Source: an uncultured Desulfurococcales archaeon
GTDB taxonomy: Archaea; Thermoproteota; Thermoprotei_A; EX4484-217-1
Assembly: GCA_964406965.1 (NCBI GenBank)
Contig: CAYOTT010000005.1
Location: forward strand, 54,878 to 118,877
DNA: 64,000 nucleotides
Direction: 5' to 3'
Shown: positions 59,514-64,000 of the stretch, piece by piece
Position numbering within the stretch: position 1 is the first letter of the stretch
Layout: every line of letters begins with the position of its first letter
Notes under the pieces: model-generated
What the model saw: the letters and a program-made list of their open reading frames with translations, nothing else
What the model was told of the DNA's origin: nothing
The model's database searches: none
Made by a program: the position numbers and the translations under genes

Positions 59514-60269
59514 TTGAAGAACATAGCTGGAATAATTAGGTTAATAGGTTACGTTCTAGCACTACTCATCTTTGCCGTATTACTATTGGAACTTTATTTA
59601 TTCTCCATAGATTTAAGTCCTACAAATTTTTCAGTAAAGATAGCTAATGTGAAATGTCTAGCTAAAGAAGAACAAGCCGAAATAAACATTAGAATAAGTT
59701 ATAACGGCACGCACCCTCTAAATGACTTCAGGGCATTACTTGAGATTAGGAAAGGTGAAGAAAAATTCATTATAAAGAGTAAGGCTATAAACTTAGTTCA
59801 TGGATCAGTAACCACATTAACAATACCTATTTCTTCAGAAGATTTAAGAATTATTGAAGAAATGTTATTAGAAAATGCCACACTGTTCTTGGGCTTTGAA
59901 TTTAAATACAACAAAATATTACCTTTAAGAATAGCTTATAATCAAACGTACAAGATATTTGTTCCACAAATAGAGCCTTATGAGTTAAAATATTACATAA
60001 ATAATTCCCAGTACGATGTAATACTATATGCTATAATAGTTAATCCTTTGCCCTATAATTTAAATGTTAAAGCTGTTCTTACAATAAATAATTTTTCTAA
60101 ATTTACTAGTTTAAGGCTTAAAGCTTGTGAAAGCATGACACTAAAGATGCCAACAATAACATTATCTAAAGGAATTATTGAAATAGGTGCGAATTGTACA
60201 TTAAAATTACTAATGAATGATAGTGTTGTTGATAAAAGTACTTTTGAATGTGGGATTCCAGGTGACTAA
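59514..60269 (+). CDS. N-terminally anchored beta-rich surface protein
   Basis: One TM helix, then a beta-rich domain with about 8 N-x-S/T sequons. Confidence 0.65.
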   Translation: MKNIAGIIRLIGYVLALLIFAVLLLELYLFSIDLSPTNFSVKIANVKCLAKEEQAEINIRISYNGTHPLNDFRALLEIRKGEEKFIIKSKAINLVHGSVTTLTIPISSEDLRIIEEMLLENATLFLGFEFKYNKILPLRIAYNQTYKIFVPQIEPYELKYYINNSQYDVILYAIIVNPLPYNLNVKAVLTINNFSKFTSLRLKACESMTLKMPTITLSKGIIEIGANCTLKLLMNDSVVDKSTFECGIPGD

Positions 60270-60738
60270 AGTGGTTTGGAAAACTATTGTTAAGGGCGCT
60301 ATAAAAGGAGCTTTTTCAACATTCATAACAATAATCATTCCATTATGGATTATAGGGAGTATTGGAAGAATTTTCGAAGAAGCTATTCAGCAAAGTTTTG
60401 AAGTGCAACAGATTACAATTGGAGGTTACGAGTTAGAGAAATACTTCGTGCTCATAATATTTATATCCTTAATCATAGGGGTTCTTGAGGAAAGTAAAGA
60501 TTGGAGAATTTTAGGTAGGTCATTGCATATAGCATTATTTGTTTTCAGCTTTCTACTAATATACATGATACTTCAAGGTGGAATGTTTAGCAGGGAAATT
60601 GTTGTAGGAAAACAAATAATTGTTATTTCAATAGATTTAAGATTACCACTATATGCCTATGGTTTCCTTATAGTTTTCCCTTCAGTTACATCCTCGTTAA
60701 TTGATATGCTATCTAGTATTAGTAGTACTTCAGAGTAG
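60217..60738 (+). CDS. Four-TM membrane protein
   Basis: Hydrophobic ORF; true start probably GTG near 60262-60271. Confidence 0.6.
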   Translation: MIVLLIKVLLNVGFQVTKVVWKTIVKGAIKGAFSTFITIIIPLWIIGSIGRIFEEAIQQSFEVQQITIGGYELEKYFVLIIFISLIIGVLEESKDWRILGRSLHIALFVFSFLLIYMILQGGMFSREIVVGKQIIVISIDLRLPLYAYGFLIVFPSVTSSLIDMLSSISSTSE

Positions 60739-61662
60739 TAGTGCTAGTAACGCTTTTTGAGTATGCATCCTATTTTCAGCTTGTTCCCAAACTACTGATT
60801 GAGGACCATCAATTACGTCATCTGTTACTTCTAAGCCTCTATGAGCAGGTAAGCAATGCATGAAAATAGCATCGCTCTTAGCATGCCTCATTAACTCGTT
60901 ATTTACCTGGTGCTTTGAGAGTTCCCTTATTCTTTCTTCTTTTTCCCTTTCCTGACCCATGCTAACCCATACATCAGTATAAATTACATCAGCACCTTTA
61001 ACAGCTTCGTAGGGATCTTCAACGAAGTCTATTTGCGCTCCCGAGTGTTTTGCTTCTTCCTCAGCTACTTCAAGAACGTTCTTCGATGGCCTATATTTTT
61101 GAGGAGATGATATAGTGATGTTTACGCCAAGTTTTGCTGAAGCAATCAGTAAACTCTGTGCTACATTATTTCCGCCATCACCTAAGAAGACCAATTTTAT
61201 CCCTTTTAACCTACCTTTCTTTTCTAAAACAGTGTACATGTCTGATAATGCTTGTACAGGGTGGAAAGAATCGCTTAAACCATTAATTACTGGTACATTA
61301 GAGTATTTTGCTAACTCCACTAAGTCATTATGTGAATAAACTCTCGCCATAATCCCATCAACATATCTACTTAGAACTCTTGCTGTATCAGCTATGGTTT
61401 CTCCTCTTCCAAGCTGAAGCTCATTCCAGTTAAGAGTTATTGTAAATCCTCCAAGCTGTTTCATAGCCGCTTCAAAACTTACTCTCGTTCTAGTACTAGG
61501 TTTTTGAAATATTAATGCAAGAATCTTACCTTTAAGTACAGGTATTATTCTTTCTCCAGAATAATATCTTTCCTTAAACTGAGCCGTTACTTTAAGAATG
61601 AACTCTAATTCTTCTTTCGAAAAATCACCTAACCATAAGAAATCACGACCCCTTAGGTTCAT
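60730..61662 (-). CDS. argF: Ornithine carbamoyltransferase
   Basis: PSTRTR, HPVQ, DVWVSMG, HCLP, QAENR. Confidence 0.96.
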   Translation of the reverse strand: MNLRGRDFLWLGDFSKEELEFILKVTAQFKERYYSGERIIPVLKGKILALIFQKPSTRTRVSFEAAMKQLGGFTITLNWNELQLGRGETIADTARVLSRYVDGIMARVYSHNDLVELAKYSNVPVINGLSDSFHPVQALSDMYTVLEKKGRLKGIKLVFLGDGGNNVAQSLLIASAKLGVNITISSPQKYRPSKNVLEVAEEEAKHSGAQIDFVEDPYEAVKGADVIYTDVWVSMGQEREKEERIRELSKHQVNNELMRHAKSDAIFMHCLPAHRGLEVTDDVIDGPQSVVWEQAENRMHTQKALLALLL

Positions 61663-61673
61663 GATGAAATCAC

Positions 61674-62522
61674 CTACATTTTCATTTTGGAAATAACGTA
61701 TTCAACTATTTTTTCGGGAACATTAATTCCCGTTGCTTTCATAAAACCTTTAAACTCAGGCACACCGTTAACCTCATTAACCAAGTATCCTCTTTCAGGA
61801 TGCATAAGTAGGTCAACTGAAATTACGCCTCCACCAACAGCTTCCGATGCTTTCAATGAGAGCTCCTCTAAAGTAGAATTGAGCTTCATAGGCTCTACTT
61901 TTCCTCCTCGGGCTACGTTACTTCTCCAGTCACCACTTGTAGCTATTCTCTTAATGCATCCAAGTACTTCATTTCCTACTACAAGACATCTAGTATCACT
62001 GTTAGATGAAGGAACATATTCCTGAATTACATGAACTTTCAGTTGCGTTGAAGGAAGATTTTCTCTATGTTCCGCTACTAAGAGGCCCTCCTTACTACTT
62101 TCAATGAGTGAAACAAGTCTGCCCCAGCTACCTATGGGTGGCTTATCTATTACCGGAAATCCTACAATATTGTATGCTTGCAGCGCTGAATCCGTTGTAA
62201 AGGCGATTACTGTTTCAGGTACTGGAAGTTTCTTTTCAACAAGTTTCTTATATGTTAAAATCTTATCTCCACAAGTAAGTATTGTTTCGCTTTTATTTAT
62301 GGTAGGTATACCGTTAGTTTCGAGAACAACAGCTGTATAAAATGCTCTATACATGCTTACAGGCCTTATTAACGCTATACTGGCTTGCTTTAGGAATCCA
62401 TTGCTAAAGTGTAAAGGATATGTTACAACATTCAGTAAGTGTAGCTTAACGTTTTTCTTCTTAAATTCCTTCACTATTAATTTCTCCTCAAGTCTAACGA
62501 TATCATAGGCTAGAATTATCAT
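61674..62522 (-). CDS. LysX/ArgX (RimK-family) ATP-grasp ligase
   Basis: CGDK, KPPIGSWGRLV, QEYV, DWRSNVARGG, NEVNGVPEFKGF. Confidence 0.9.
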   Translation of the reverse strand: MIILAYDIVRLEEKLIVKEFKKKNVKLHLLNVVTYPLHFSNGFLKQASIALIRPVSMYRAFYTAVVLETNGIPTINKSETILTCGDKILTYKKLVEKKLPVPETVIAFTTDSALQAYNIVGFPVIDKPPIGSWGRLVSLIESSKEGLLVAEHRENLPSTQLKVHVIQEYVPSSNSDTRCLVVGNEVLGCIKRIATSGDWRSNVARGGKVEPMKLNSTLEELSLKASEAVGGGVISVDLLMHPERGYLVNEVNGVPEFKGFMKATGINVPEKIVEYVISKMKM

Positions 62523-62659
62523 GGCATGGTCACCGATGAGAAGACGTTGTTACTTACTGTTGTAGAAGGCTCATTAGATTCCATGTTTAACTGGCAAGCT
62601 TTCTCTAAGAAATCTTTCTCAACGACTTGGAAGATGCATCCCCAAGCACCGCAAACCAT
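62519..62659 (-). CDS. Possible 46-aa peptide overlapping the lysX/argX start
   Basis: MVCGAWGCIFQVVEKDFLEKACQLNMESNEPSTTVSNNVFSSVTMP; the stop overlaps the ligase ATG (ATGA). Confidence 0.35.
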   Translation of the reverse strand: MVCGAWGCIFQVVEKDFLEKACQLNMESNEPSTTVSNNVFSSVTMP

Positions 62660-63087
62660 TATGTTTTAGTAAATATTTAAGTATTTCCACCATATTTCAT
62701 AATTAGAAAAAATTTATTTCAATTACGTAGGCAAAGTAGAATATTTTTAAAGATGATGTTTTCTTTAAAAGTTCCTTCAAAAGCTCTTGCCCTTTCTAAA
62801 TGCTTCATTTTGAGAACTGTCTAAGTGTTTTGTAAGTCACACTGTTTCTTTAACACTTTGCTTAATAATTTATTATCATTCTTCTTAATAGCTATTCGAA
62901 AAAAGCTAGGTGTTCAAATCAATTACGGGCTGTGCCATGTTTATTTGAAGGATTATTATTTCTCTCCTCTTAATTTCATGATGATACGCTTAAAATTTGC
63001 GTCACAATTTAAACCTTAAGGTTTAGACTATGTCTGAATACTTAAACTTTTAAATGAAGTAACAGTGATGTTTAAACAGGGGTTTAC

Positions 63088-63489
63088 ATGGGCAGTAAAG
63101 TAGTTTTTACAGCAATGTCTAAGAAGAGATATTATCTTAAGGGTCATGTGGCTAAATTCATTTTTGATAGAGGAAAAATTCCTCTGAATCCATTCCTATG
63201 TTATGACTATTTTCTCCTAGACACTGTTGCTAGAGATAAAATCAGAGAAGCAAACTTTGAGTTAATAAGTAGGTGTGATGAGCTATGGGTTTTCGGTGAA
63301 ATAAGTGATGGTGTTCTTAAAGAGATATTTTTCGCTAAAGAAAAAAAGATTCCAATAAAGTATTTCAAAATAATTGATGAACCACTGGAATTTATAGAGA
63401 TAAACGAGAAAGAAGTAAAATATGAACCTGAGGCTTTAGAATTACTTAGAAGATGGAAAAATGCTGGTAAAAAAGCGAGAATTAGTTGA
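63088..63489 (+). CDS. Nucleoside 2-deoxyribosyltransferase-like (DUF4406/DUF7768-like) protein
   Basis: PLNPF, LISRCDELWVFGEISDGVLKEI. Confidence 0.7.
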   Translation: MGSKVVFTAMSKKRYYLKGHVAKFIFDRGKIPLNPFLCYDYFLLDTVARDKIREANFELISRCDELWVFGEISDGVLKEIFFAKEKKIPIKYFKIIDEPLEFIEINEKEVKYEPEALELLRRWKNAGKKARIS

Positions 63490-64000
63490 AGCTAAGGAGT
63501 ATTTTAGACTCAATAAAGAATACGTCATATGTGGTACATGTGAAAGAAGATGCCTAGTGGGATCTGGCAAGAAAGGATATTGTGGAAATAAAGCTAATAT
63601 TGATGGGAAACTTTACAATATAGGATATGGTTTATTAAGCGCAATAGAAAGCCGCCCTATAGAAATTAAGCCTCTATTCCATTTCTGGCCCAATAGCACA
63701 GCTCTTACGTTCTCTGGATGGGGATGTAATTTCCACTGTCCTTGGTGTCAGAATTTTCCATTGAGTTTCAATACGCCTAAACCTAATGGAGACTACATGA
63801 TCCCCCCGGAAAAACTTGTTGAAAAAGCATTAGTTAATGGTGATGAGGGTCTTTGCGCCAGCTTTAATGAGCCAACAATACACTTAGAATATCTCGTAGA
63901 CGTATTTCAGAAAGCTCGTGAGCATGGACTTTACAATACTATAGTTAGTAATGGTTTCATGAGTATTTCTTCTCTTAAAGTCTTAAAGGAGGCTGGATTA
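63461..64000 (+). CDS. AmmeMemoRadiSam-type radical SAM enzyme (truncated by the window edge)
   Basis: Manual translation: CGTCERRC...GYCG...SRPIEIKPLFHFWP...GCNFHCPWCQN...SFNEPT. Confidence 0.88.
   Translation, partial: MLVKKRELVEAKEYFRLNKEYVICGTCERRCLVGSGKKGYCGNKANIDGKLYNIGYGLLSAIESRPIEIKPLFHFWPNSTALTFSGWGCNFHCPWCQNFPLSFNTPKPNGDYMIPPEKLVEKALVNGDEGLCASFNEPTIHLEYLVDVFQKAREHGLYNTIVSNGFMSISSLKVLKEAGL

Noticed and set aside
62700..63020. Possible decayed gene remnant or 64-aa ORF
   Set aside because: Multiple stops and no recognisable motif; a call cannot be supported.

Overview
AT-rich archaeal chromosomal segment, most likely from a (hyper)thermophilic Thermoproteota (inferred from GGTGA-type Shine-Dalgarno sites, frequent TTG/GTG starts, and archaeal genes such as Taw1, Dph6, archaeal PEP carboxylase and a class III-signal pilin). 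It is dense in housekeeping and metabolic genes. I see no rRNA, tRNA, CRISPR array, integrase or transposase. Highlights: (1) a solo Cas4-family nuclease split by a 385-aa LAGLIDADG intein inserted in its Fe-S cysteine motif, so that the intein +1 Cys is a cluster ligand, lying among sulfur-relay genes; (2) a divergent end-resection operon in the unusual order mre11-nurA-herA-rad50, with a Rad50 tail ending in a PIP-box-like motif; (3) an unannotated double-guide C/D box sRNA whose two guides match neighbouring 16S rRNA sites; (4) hypA plus an Mrp-type HypB coupled to two stand-alone ParB/Srx-fold proteins; (5) small ORFs missed by the ORF track, three disrupted genes, several apparent pseudoenzymes and candidate operators. 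All family calls come from motif recognition by eye, not from database searches.
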